Positions 9,270 through 19,050 of a DNA stretch of 32,000 nt are shown in pieces. The stretch comes from Xylella taiwanensis. GTDB taxonomy: Bacteria; Pseudomonadota; Gammaproteobacteria; Xanthomonadales; Xanthomonadaceae. The position numbers and the translations under genes were made by a program. Numbering within the stretch: the stretch's first letter is position 1; each line of letters starts with the position of its first letter. The stretch covers positions 1,950,001-1,982,000 of the forward strand of contig NZ_CP053627.1 of NCBI RefSeq assembly GCF_013177435.1, written 5' to 3'. The notes beneath the pieces were generated by a model. That model did no database searches. It was not told where the DNA came from and saw only the letters and a list, made by a program, of their open reading frames with translations.

Positions 9270-10997
9270 GTGAATCTGCGTATCCAGGGCCACGGCGCCG
9301 CACGAGGCACTGCACTGGGACGCGCCTGGGTGCGTCAGATGAACGTGATGGAGATCAAGGAAAAGTACATCACTGACACTGATGCCGAATTACAGAGCCT
9401 CTACCAAGCCATGAACGCAGCACGTCAGGAAATACACCTGCTGCGCGAACATCTGCATGGCACTTTGTCGCACGAGGTCAGCGAGTTTCTCGACCTGCAC
9501 ACACTGTTGATCGACGACCCGGAGCTACTACGGAGCCTGCACGAACTGATCTGTACGCACAGCTACAGTGCCGAATACGCCTTGAAGGTGCAGCGCGACC
9601 GCCTGAACACAGCATTCGAGGCCATGGAAGACCACTACCTGAAGAGCCGCATGGACGACCTGAATCACGTGATCGGACGCATCCTCGCCTTCCTGCAAAA
9701 ACACTCCCCCGAACCCAAAAGTGTGGCAGGCGAGATTCTGATCTGCAGCAACGTCGCCGCATCCGAATTAGTCCAACTACAAGCGCAAGGCATTATTGGC
9801 ATCGTCATCGCGGCTGGCAATACACTCTCGCACAGCGCCATCCTGGCGCATAGCTTGTACCTGCCACTGATCGTTGGTGCTGGAGACACGTTGCTACAGA
9901 AGATCACGAACGGCGACATGTTGATCATAGACGGCAGCAGTGGTGAAGTCATCGTCAATCCATCGCCGCACGACCTGCGCAACTACCGTAGCCGGCTGCG
10001 CGAACGCGCCAAAGAACAACGCGAGCTGGAACAACTACGCTCCAAACTCAGCCGCACCCGCGACAACGTCGACATTTTGGTGCAGGCTAACGCCGAATCA
10101 CTGGACGACATCTCCCAAGCGTACGTGCTGGGTGCGGCTGGTGTGGGCCTATACCGCACCGAATTCCTGTTCCTGCAACGCAGCAAGTTGCCGGATGAAG
10201 AAGAGCAGTTCCAAACATACCGCGACACAGTGCTACGTATGAACGGACGTCCCGTCACGATCCGCACATTGGATTTGGGCGCAGATAAAACCGACTGTAT
10301 CGGCCTGACCATCAGTAACGAAGACAACCCAGCAATGGGCTTGCGTGGGATACGCCTGTCGCTAGCACGTCCAGCAGTCGCCAAAACACAACTACGAGCA
10401 ATACTGCGCGCTTCCAACTACGGGCCGGTACGTATCCTGATACCGATGGTGAGCTGCCGGGAAGAGATCATCCTCCTGCGACAGCAAATCAAAGCCCTCA
10501 GCATAGAATTGCGAGCCGAAGGCCACGACATTGCAGAACAGATCCCACTAGGCGCGATGATCGAGGTACCGGCCGCAGCCATCGCACTGAACAGCTTTAT
10601 CAAGGAAGTCGACTTCCTATCGATCGGTACCAACGATTTGGTCCAATACCTGCTGGCTGCCGACCGCAACAATGCAGCCATCAGAGAAATGTACTCGCCA
10701 CTACACCCGGGCGTGTTGGCAGTGCTCGCTCAGATCATCGTCACCGCACGTACACATGCCACCCCGGTAACCATATGTGGTGAAATCGCTGGTGATCCAT
10801 ATTACGTGCCAATGCTGCTAGCACTCGGTCTCACAGAATTCAGTCTTCATCCGGCCACATTGCTTGAAGTACGCCGCACGATCCGCGCCAGCGACCTGGG
10901 CGTACTGAAAACAAACGCAACTAAACTACTCCGCGCCCACAACCGGAAGACCATCGAAAAGTGGCTGACGGCCTATGCCAACACGACGCCGGAATAA
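9270..10997 (+). CDS. ptsI: Phosphoenolpyruvate-protein phosphotransferase (PTS enzyme I, no GAF domain)
   Basis: 575 aa from a GTG start. The N-terminus LRIQGHGAARGTALGRAWV is typical of EI. The active-site His region is GNTLSHSAILAHSL, and the C-terminal PEP-utilising domain contains GTNDLVQY. Confidence 0.92.
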   Translation: MNLRIQGHGAARGTALGRAWVRQMNVMEIKEKYITDTDAELQSLYQAMNAARQEIHLLREHLHGTLSHEVSEFLDLHTLLIDDPELLRSLHELICTHSYSAEYALKVQRDRLNTAFEAMEDHYLKSRMDDLNHVIGRILAFLQKHSPEPKSVAGEILICSNVAASELVQLQAQGIIGIVIAAGNTLSHSAILAHSLYLPLIVGAGDTLLQKITNGDMLIIDGSSGEVIVNPSPHDLRNYRSRLRERAKEQRELEQLRSKLSRTRDNVDILVQANAESLDDISQAYVLGAAGVGLYRTEFLFLQRSKLPDEEEQFQTYRDTVLRMNGRPVTIRTLDLGADKTDCIGLTISNEDNPAMGLRGIRLSLARPAVAKTQLRAILRASNYGPVRILIPMVSCREEIILLRQQIKALSIELRAEGHDIAEQIPLGAMIEVPAAAIALNSFIKEVDFLSIGTNDLVQYLLAADRNNAAIREMYSPLHPGVLAVLAQIIVTARTHATPVTICGEIAGDPYYVPMLLALGLTEFSLHPATLLEVRRTIRASDLGVLKTNATKLLRAHNRKTIEKWLTAYANTTPE

Positions 10998-11107
10998 TGT
11001 CAGTACTGATGCTGGTTTCGTCATCATATTGACAGAGCATAATCAAGACTGATTGAGTCCCGCCCTATCCTGTAGGAACACTCTCTCTCCTCTGCCGGGA
11101 ACCGCGC

Positions 11108-12469
11108 ATGGCCGAAACCGTCCACCACGACAAGACCGCACGCCAGCTGCGCCTGCTGTCCAACGCCCTGGACAGCGGTCGTTTCGGCCCAATACGTCGC
11201 TTAATTAATACTCTCAGTCCAGCAGAGATCGGTAACCTGCTCGAATCGCTGCCCCCAGGAAAACGTGAGGTCGTATGGGGCATGGTTGATCAGGAGGACG
11301 ATGGCGAAGTCCTCCTGCACGTCGGTGACGAGGTACGTGAGAGCTTACTCGCGGCAATGGACACAGACGAAATCATCGCCGCAGTCGAGGACCTGGACAT
11401 CGACGACTTGGCAGACCTGGTCGATGACCTGCCCAACACGGTCATCGACCAGGTACTCAAGTCAATGGACCGTGAAAACCGCACACGGCTCGAGCAAGCA
11501 CTCTCCTATCCTGAGGACAGTGCCGGGCGCCTGATGAACCCCGACACAGTCACAGTACGTGCCGACGTCAATGTCGATATGGTGCTACGTTATCTACGCC
11601 TGCGTGGCGAGCTCCCCGACCACACCGACCACCTATACGTGGTCAGCCGCCACCACCAGTACCTCGGCCGCGTTTCACTGGCAACGCTGGTAACCCATGA
11701 GCCCGACACACCGATTAACCGCTTAATCGACAACGAACAACCAGCCATCAGCATCGAAGAACAGGCTCAAGAGGTTGCACGTCAATTTTCTTATCACGAC
11801 TGGCTCTCTGCCCCAGTCGTCAACGAAAACAACATCCTTCTCGGCCGCATCACGATCGACGACGTCGTTGACATCATCCGCGAACAAGCCGAACACCAAG
11901 CAATGAGCGCAGCGGGGCTCAGCGATGACCAGGACATGTTCAGCCCGGCACGACGTGCATTCCGGCGCCGCTTACTGTGGTTGGGTATCAACCTATGCAC
12001 TGCATTCATCGCCGCCAATGTTGTCAGCGAATTTGAATACACCATCGAAAAACTGGTAGCACTGGCCGCGCTCATGCCGATCGTTGCCGGCATGGGAGGC
12101 AATGCTGGCACCCAAGTCCTGGCACTGATGATACGTGGCCTGGCACTGGGCCAGATCAGCACTTCTAACGTGTTACCGCTACTCAAGAAGGAAATGACTG
12201 TTGCCTTGATCAACGGCATCTGCCTGGGCGTGAGTTTGGGCATGATCGTGTTGCTTTGGCTCAAACAGCCACTGTTATCGCTAGTGATCGGCTCGGCATT
12301 GACGATCAACTTATGTACCGCCGCATTAGGCGGCGTCATCATCCCCATGACACTCAAGCGCTTGGGCTTCGACCCGGCACTAGCGGGAGGCGTCATTCTG
12401 ACCACCCTGACCGATGTGATCGGCTTCCTAAGCTTTCTCGGTTTGGCGACGCTCATCCTGCTTCACTGA
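11108..12469 (+). CDS. mgtE: Magnesium transporter MgtE
   Basis: 453 aa with an acidic MgtE_N region, tandem CBS region and C-terminal five-helix membrane domain with PIVAGMGGNAGTQ. Confidence 0.92.
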   Translation: MAETVHHDKTARQLRLLSNALDSGRFGPIRRLINTLSPAEIGNLLESLPPGKREVVWGMVDQEDDGEVLLHVGDEVRESLLAAMDTDEIIAAVEDLDIDDLADLVDDLPNTVIDQVLKSMDRENRTRLEQALSYPEDSAGRLMNPDTVTVRADVNVDMVLRYLRLRGELPDHTDHLYVVSRHHQYLGRVSLATLVTHEPDTPINRLIDNEQPAISIEEQAQEVARQFSYHDWLSAPVVNENNILLGRITIDDVVDIIREQAEHQAMSAAGLSDDQDMFSPARRAFRRRLLWLGINLCTAFIAANVVSEFEYTIEKLVALAALMPIVAGMGGNAGTQVLALMIRGLALGQISTSNVLPLLKKEMTVALINGICLGVSLGMIVLLWLKQPLLSLVIGSALTINLCTAALGGVIIPMTLKRLGFDPALAGGVILTTLTDVIGFLSFLGLATLILLH

Positions 12470-12973
12470 ACACCAGTACAGCATGACATCAACAACCTCA
12501 AAAGAAGACCGCGTCCCCAAACAGAGATAGCAATACGCCACCCTTACGCATCAGTCATGCTAACCGCCTCCACACCCACAACACATCGTTCTGTTCCTGC
12601 TTATCACCTCTCATATCGGCACCTCATCGGAACACTGAAAGATCGTTCTCACGAACTCATTCAGAAAAAAAGATGGAAGCAGGCACACCCGGAAACAGCA
12701 AACACACCACAATGCAAAACGTAAAAACAGCAAGATCCCACACATCTTCCGGCTTCACAGACGACCAAGAATCACCAGAGATATTCTTGAAAAGGGCAGC
12801 AAACTTGACTTAAAGCATTCACGCATTGCAGTCACACGCATCTAGATGTGAGTGATTAAGCGATTCATTCAACACATACAGCATTCAAATATCCTAATAA
12901 CTCATTATTTAGAACGATTTAGCACACCTACGCTCACCGGAAACACACCCACTTTTTCCGCAAGAAACTTCCA

Positions 12974-13501
12974 ATGCACCCCAAAAACTTCCAAGATCAG
13001 CTCAAGACCATGCCACAACCGGCGAACGAAACTCGAGGCTTCGTGTTCAACCACACCATGCTGCGAGTCAAAAACATCACCACATCTCTCGATTTCTATA
13101 CTCGTATCCTCGGCTTCCGCCTGATCGATACACGCCATTTCCCCGAAGCACAGTTCAGCCTGTACTTCCTTGCACTGTTACCAGATACGGTACACGTCTC
13201 TGACAATGACACCCAACGCCGACTATGGATGTCCAGTATTCCTGGGGTACTTGAATTGACCCACAACCACGGCACCGAAACCCAACAAGGCCAGATCTAC
13301 CACGACGGTAACAGCGATCCGCGCGGCTTCGGCCACATCTGCATTTCTGTGCCACATCTCCACAACGCCTGCGCCCGTTTCGATGCGCTGCAAGTGCCTT
13401 ATCAAAAACGCCTGACCGATGGCCGTATGCAAGACATCGCCTTCATCAAAGATCCGGATGGCTACTGGATAGAAATCATCTCCAACACACCACTGCCATA
13501 A
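12974..13501 (+). CDS. gloA: Lactoylglutathione lyase (glyoxalase I, long Glo1-like form)
   Basis: 175 aa with HTMLRVKN, LELTHNHGTE, GFGHICISV and DGYWIEII, the VOC-fold metal-ligand motifs of glyoxalase I. The start could instead be the internal Met in ...KTMPQPANE. Confidence 0.88.
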   Translation: MHPKNFQDQLKTMPQPANETRGFVFNHTMLRVKNITTSLDFYTRILGFRLIDTRHFPEAQFSLYFLALLPDTVHVSDNDTQRRLWMSSIPGVLELTHNHGTETQQGQIYHDGNSDPRGFGHICISVPHLHNACARFDALQVPYQKRLTDGRMQDIAFIKDPDGYWIEIISNTPLP

Positions 13502-14183
13502 TCACATCGTACCCAACCACACTGGCAGGATTGACAGCCGTACACCCGCGCTCATCCCAAACATCGCACCAGACACGCCCTCACCTGCCCTTCTAACGTT
13601 CATCCAACCAAAGAGGCTCGCTGAATTCCCAGGGCACCTCAGCCCTTTGCTAACCCCTTGATGGACCCATCCACGATGCGGAACTCACCACGTGCAATCG
13701 TGCTCATACTTTTATTTTTTGCAGTGACGGTCTCACTACAAACCGTATCTGCACTGACAGACAATAATGCAACACATGGTACTTAGCATGCCGTTTGGCA
13801 GCGTCGCATCCATACGAAGACCTGTACCAAATCACACCTAGCATAGCTTTCATGGATCAGCACATCACGGAGCTGGATCTGTTGAGGAATCGGATAAAAA
13901 CACCACCCTCCCGATGACATCACCTTCTGGCATCGCTACACCCAACCATCACATAAACAACACTCATCACATCGCTATCATCCTTGCCCATACTTCAAGT
14001 CCAACGACAACACAGCGCCTCGAAATCTAGGCGCATGTGTCATTTATCCCAAGCCAGGCAAGTTCAGGGTTGGGATGCTTTGATCAAGAGGCAACGTATG
14101 GTGTTCTACCAGTTGCACGATGGCATACCCGGCTTACCCGCCCACGCACGCTTGCCATTCAAACCACACGGACCAGCATGAGA

Positions 14184-15398
14184 TCAACCCCCCATACCGG
14201 ATGACGGCCATGCCGCCCGCGGCGGCTGATCCCCAGACTGTGAAGGCTCAATTGGCGTCGGCAACACGCGGAAAATCAACGATGGCAACAATGTCGTAAA
14301 CGCTGCATACAACAGCAACGCCCCAAACAATACCTCTGGAATCGCAAAACGATCACGCAAAATACCAGCTAATACCAATGTAAAGATCAGTGTCGGTACC
14401 AATGCCAAAGACACTCGTAAACTGGAGCGGAAGTCCTCACCGAACATGACGCGCCGTTGCACCCAGATCACCGCAATACGCAGCGGTAACACCACCATTG
14501 TGATCAAGATACCCAGCCCCAATGCCTCAAAACTCAGTGCATCGGGCGACACATTGGTGCCGGCCCTGAAAAAATAGAATGGTACGAAGAATGAAGCAAA
14601 CAGGCGCACCGCATTCAAATTTTCCTCCGAAGCCAAATGCGGCATACGCTGATGCAGCAAACGCGCAATCAACCCAGTAATGAATGCACCCACCAAGTAA
14701 TAAACACCAATTTTGTAGGTTGCATAAGCCGCGATCATGCCAACCATGACCAGCAACGAAAACTCCGAGCCTGGCGCTTGCGGCACCACCCAGCGATCCA
14801 AAGCCACAAACAACAACGGCAAACCAACCAACAACACCGCCAACACACCGCTGGACAACGCCATTTGCCATGGGTCGGAGGCCTGCAGAACGAAGAACAA
14901 CACTGTCAAAGCCAGCAGCTCGCTGGCAATGGCCTTGTTCACCACCCAGAAACGCTCGTGCTCGTTCAAGCCCAAACGCCCGATTGAATCGATGATAAAA
15001 CCAGGCGATGGGGTCAACAGCGCTAACGCCAGCAACCCAGCGACCTGCCAGGTCAACCCCACGTAGCGCCACACCAACCAGCCCAAACAGAACAGCACCA
15101 CGCTATAAATCAGCAAATGCGCCACCAACGGCCATAGCCCGCGCCGCAATGCCTGCAGATCCACCTCCAACCCGGCAAACAAAAACAACGAAGAAATCCC
15201 CAGTGTACTCAGCAGGACGATCACATCATCATGTGGCCGCCCCCCCATGACCAGCATCGTGCCAACTCCAAACAACAGGCACGTCAGCGGCGCAGGAATC
15301 TTAAAGCGCTGCAATGCACGCGGGATCACCAACAGGGCAAAAATCAAGATTAAATAGATCAATTCACGGTTCATCGGTAACGTCATGTTCGTCAGCAT
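14184..15398 (-). CDS. Cation:proton antiporter (CPA2/Kef-like membrane domain)
   Basis: 404 aa, hydrophobic throughout. It carries the CPA motifs LFLFAGLEVDL, VGAFITGL and FFVPFYFF. The start is ambiguous among Met1, Met5 and Met9 (15398, 15386, 15374). Confidence 0.75.
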   Translation of the reverse strand: MLTNMTLPMNRELIYLILIFALLVIPRALQRFKIPAPLTCLLFGVGTMLVMGGRPHDDVIVLLSTLGISSLFLFAGLEVDLQALRRGLWPLVAHLLIYSVVLFCLGWLVWRYVGLTWQVAGLLALALLTPSPGFIIDSIGRLGLNEHERFWVVNKAIASELLALTVLFFVLQASDPWQMALSSGVLAVLLVGLPLLFVALDRWVVPQAPGSEFSLLVMVGMIAAYATYKIGVYYLVGAFITGLIARLLHQRMPHLASEENLNAVRLFASFFVPFYFFRAGTNVSPDALSFEALGLGILITMVVLPLRIAVIWVQRRVMFGEDFRSSLRVSLALVPTLIFTLVLAGILRDRFAIPEVLFGALLLYAAFTTLLPSLIFRVLPTPIEPSQSGDQPPRAAWPSSGMGG

Positions 15399-16598
15399 CC
15401 AAAGTAGGTATCACCGATGAGTCATCGGTACTGCGCCCTCATGGCACCATCCATAAAACCTCAATCGCACATCGGCATAGGCTTGAATAAGCGCAGCAAC
15501 ATGATCCTGGGTCCCAGTCCTGGAAAACGGATTCTAAAGAAAAATATAAATAACCACAGCAAATGCATTTGACACTTTTTATTTATTTATTTTTTATTTC
15601 TTTATTGATGTTCCGGTAAATCAGGCAACCACCATATACGGTAGGGATATCGCGCAATCAAAGTACCCGTCGGCGAAAAAAGACCTTCAGCAATCCCAAT
15701 CCACATTAATTTCCTCCTTGCAGATATCGGACACAAGCCAGCATCAAAATAACCAATACGAGCGATTACGCACGATGACAACATCCCCAAGCTGCAACAA
15801 TCCATGACGCTATCAACGTGACAGATGAACGTCTCTGCGCAACCACGGCGAATACCGCATCGTGATGTATCGTCCACCGACACAACACATATTGCGGCAG
15901 CAACACGACATCACGATGCAGGGACATACTGTCCAAACACAGCAACTCGAAACTAACATTTCACTTGGCATGACCGATTCAAGCCGTGCTAGCCCCTCAC
16001 CACTGGCACCGCCGCAGATGTACGCCGATCTCACACACACAATCAAAGTACCGTAAACATCACCATCACATTGGACTCGTCAAAGAAGAACGACTCCATC
16101 ACACCGCATCTTGACCGCCGTGCTTGTATCCCCGGTTCTCTTGTTGCCTACCTACTCCATGAAGTACTTACTGACTGCACCTACGCATACACCTGAGCGG
16201 ACCTCTACTCGCTGGGAATCCTGACTCCACCCACGTCACACAGGAACCAAGCGATCCGCCGCCGCACATCCATTGATGTCATCAATGATTGAGTGTGCGG
16301 ACAGCATCGCCATTGCGTGCATCCCACTCACAGGTCGATTGCAACATCTCCTCCTCCAGCATCACTGCACTCGCATGACCTATCCGGGACAATACCCAGA
16401 ATCGGACGCAACGCCTGACCCGCCGTTATCCAGCAACCAACCTGAAGCACGACAAAGACTCATGCAACACGCCCCGGGGACCACAAACACCATGACACAC
16501 CACACGCATACGGCCATGACCCGATATCGGTCACAGACACAAATGCCCTTGTGCCATGCCCCGGCAGAACACCATGCAAATTGATAGCACCCGGCTCA

Positions 16599-17522
16599 TC
16601 AAACATAGCAAGACGTCGAACGCTTACGCATCACGATGAGAAAGTAATCGCCCATATCGCGCAGCAATGGCCACGTGCCAATCCGATCATCCAACCACCC
16701 CAAGGACTTACCCAAAACGGGATAGTGCTGGTACACATCCACTAAATAAGGAGGCGGCAAAAACACACTCAGTGGACGGTAATACTCCAAGGAGAAATAA
16801 GCCGCGAACGCCTGATAAAACTCACGCGGCAGATACCGCCGAATCCAGAGCGTATTAGCGTTCACATGCATCGCCGTCGCACCGCACGCAAGACGCATAC
16901 CGGCACGCATGAGACGACCACGCAGCGTAGCGTCGCTCATCTCCCAGGGGCAAATACGGCCGATCACCGCAAACACCAGACAACCATCGCTGCGCAACAA
17001 ACGTGCACATTCGACAGCAACCGCCGGCAAATTCGCACTATGGTTCAGCGATCCGAAATTGGAATAGATACCATCGAACTCGCCACGCAGCTGGTCGATA
17101 TGCTCAATCCCGACAGCGACGGCGCGTAACCGAGCGTCTAAACCGGCTTCCTGCGCACGCTGGCGGGTGCGTGCGACCATCGCAGCAGACCCATCGGTCG
17201 CCAACACGCGATAACCGTGTTGTGCAAACGCCTGTGCATCCAAACCGGTACCACACCCCAAGTCAATGAGGCGTGCGCCGACTGACAACTCAACAGCAAC
17301 AGCCTCCCTCAGTGAGGCACGCATGCGCTGGATCAGCACATTGTGACCGCACGACCCATCCTCCTTGGCCGCCACACTGTCAAAAGTACGCTGAACCTGG
17401 AATGGCAATGCCGGATCGAACGCCGCAGCCGTACTGCACGCGGTGAAATCTGGCAACGCTGCATCGCGGCGCTCACATTCACCCTGTCCATCCATGTCGA
17501 TGATGTCCATTTGTACCAACAC
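16599..17522 (-). CDS. Class I SAM-dependent methyltransferase
   Basis: 307 aa with SAM-binding motif I RLIDLGCGTGLDAQAF, then VLATDGS and post-I/II motifs (FDGIYSNFGSLNH, LLRSDGCLVF). No partner genes: eroded DNA lies on both sides. The true start may be an internal Met. Confidence 0.8.
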   Translation of the reverse strand: MLVQMDIIDMDGQGECERRDAALPDFTACSTAAAFDPALPFQVQRTFDSVAAKEDGSCGHNVLIQRMRASLREAVAVELSVGARLIDLGCGTGLDAQAFAQHGYRVLATDGSAAMVARTRQRAQEAGLDARLRAVAVGIEHIDQLRGEFDGIYSNFGSLNHSANLPAVAVECARLLRSDGCLVFAVIGRICPWEMSDATLRGRLMRAGMRLACGATAMHVNANTLWIRRYLPREFYQAFAAYFSLEYYRPLSVFLPPPYLVDVYQHYPVLGKSLGWLDDRIGTWPLLRDMGDYFLIVMRKRSTSCYV

Positions 17523-18420
17523 TCCCGGGATGCATCCCGTCTTGGATCACTACGTAAGTACCAATCCAAACACGGTTGGTTAAACAGATAACATCCCAGC
17601 GTTCGAAAAAACTGATTCACCTCACGCTGCAACTGCCTTGGAGCTGCACTGAAATTGTCTTACAGACAGCACCTCGACCCCACTCATCTCGTACAACATT
17701 CAAACGCACCGTATGCGCCGTTCGACACAGCGCTAGTTCTGCTTGCTTTCTTGACGACCGCAAGCAACAACGCTTTGATGAATCAATCAAATGAGGATAA
17801 CCATGACGAGAAAAAACACCCCACAATGCAAGCTGACAGCTCTCAAAGGATTACCGGAAGTGGTGAAGTAAACGCTACAACAAGCGCCTTCAATGGAGCC
17901 ACTGAGCTCGGTATCGACAACATGACGAGGATACGTACTGTTATCTTGGCGCTTAGCACTGCTAACATTTACAAGTGCATACCACGCCATGCAGACCATC
18001 ATGTTGCACAGGACGTATACCGTAAAAGACAGCCACCAAGGATCAGATGTACCTGAAACTCACCATCATCCATTGGACACAGCAGTAGTGCCACTGCGAT
18101 ATCAAAATGAAAAATGCGACCTGTAAATTCAGATCATACGTGAGTTCATCAAACACTCTGTTTTACGAATATCATCTCGACCACTTACCAATTCCTTTCC
18201 CATCACTTACAACCTGTTTGGCTTTTTAATATGATCACGCTGTATCTGCAAAAGGATGCCATTGCATTGATGCGTGCTGCATATTATGTCACTCACCATC
18301 TGCAAGACGAGTACTCCATCTTCCAGATGGCACATCAAAAGATATTATTTTATATAAGAGTTATTCTTTACTGTATTTAAAACATCAGAAACATTATTAT
18401 CAAATAAAGGCTTTACTCAC

Positions 18421-19050
18421 TAGGTATGAGTAGTACCCTCATGAAAATGAAATGAATTCAGGCCAAGCAGGGGATGTTCGTTTTCAATCCTAACCAGCCA
18501 GGGCCCCTCGATTTGCAACAACAAAATCATCATCTCTACACATGACTCTCAACACCTCCAATGAGCCAGCCACCGAAGATTGCTTTGCAGGATGTTCCTG
18601 AATTTTTAAACCTCTCCTTCCCACGAATACGCGGAGCAAAAGTAACATGAGTACGCCAATATCCTTGTAGATTCATCAAGCAGTGGACCGCTGTCATCAA
18701 CACTTGATTGCTGGTAACACTTTGAGCCGTGGAAGCATCATCTTTGTGGGAATCGGCATCTTCCATCCAGAAAGGACGCAGGAACGCCGGCTGTAGTATT
18801 CATGGCTGGAAAAGAGTCACCCTCATTCTCTCCATCCATATTAGGAAATGCTTCTGTGACTATTGATTTTTGTTTTTTGTTATTCCGCAGAGCACTTTTG
18901 AATTTTTCTTCAGCTTGGATTCTGGATCATTGCTCTTCCGATATGATTGACCCGGGCATCGGTGTAGCAGCACGCATTCTTTCATCAGTCCAATACTCTT
19001 CAGCAGCTTCGCTCTCAGCAACACAATAGGGGCCATCGATAGCAATGGGT
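18421..19050 (-). pseudogene. Possible eroded trypsin-like / V8-like (S1 family) secreted serine endopeptidase gene
   Basis: Minus-strand translation gives three fragments in three different frames separated by stops. First, AESEAAEEYWTDERMRAATPMPGS (18954-18995 covers YWTDERMRAATPMP), which resembles the N-terminal region I recall from COG3591-type S1 peptidases. Second, SVTSNQVLMTAVHCL..GYWRTHVTFAP (18677-18703 covers VLMTAVHCL; compare the TAAHC His motif). Third, IEGPWLVRIENEHPLLGLNSF (18450-18506; compare GDSGGPLV-x8-LVGIVSW, with the Ser position lost). The His and Ser regions are only about 60 codons apart, so an internal deletion is implied. The match is from memory only. Confidence 0.35.

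Noticed and set aside
11794-12456. 220-aa minus-strand ORF
   Set aside because: It lies entirely antisense within mgtE. It is low-complexity and Ser/Ala/Arg-rich, typical of a shadow ORF.
15602-16046. Two overlapping Cys-rich minus-strand ORFs (93 and 77 aa)
   Set aside because: The extreme Cys/Gly/Val/Trp content is what the complement of A+C-rich DNA produces. They lack an RBS and any domain resemblance.
18231-18380. 49-aa + strand ORF (MITLYLQKDAIALMRAAYYVTHHLQDEYSIFQMAHQKILFYIRVILYCI) in the low-GC island
   Set aside because: It has no Shine-Dalgarno sequence, lies in A/T-rich DNA where ORFs arise easily, and has no family resemblance.
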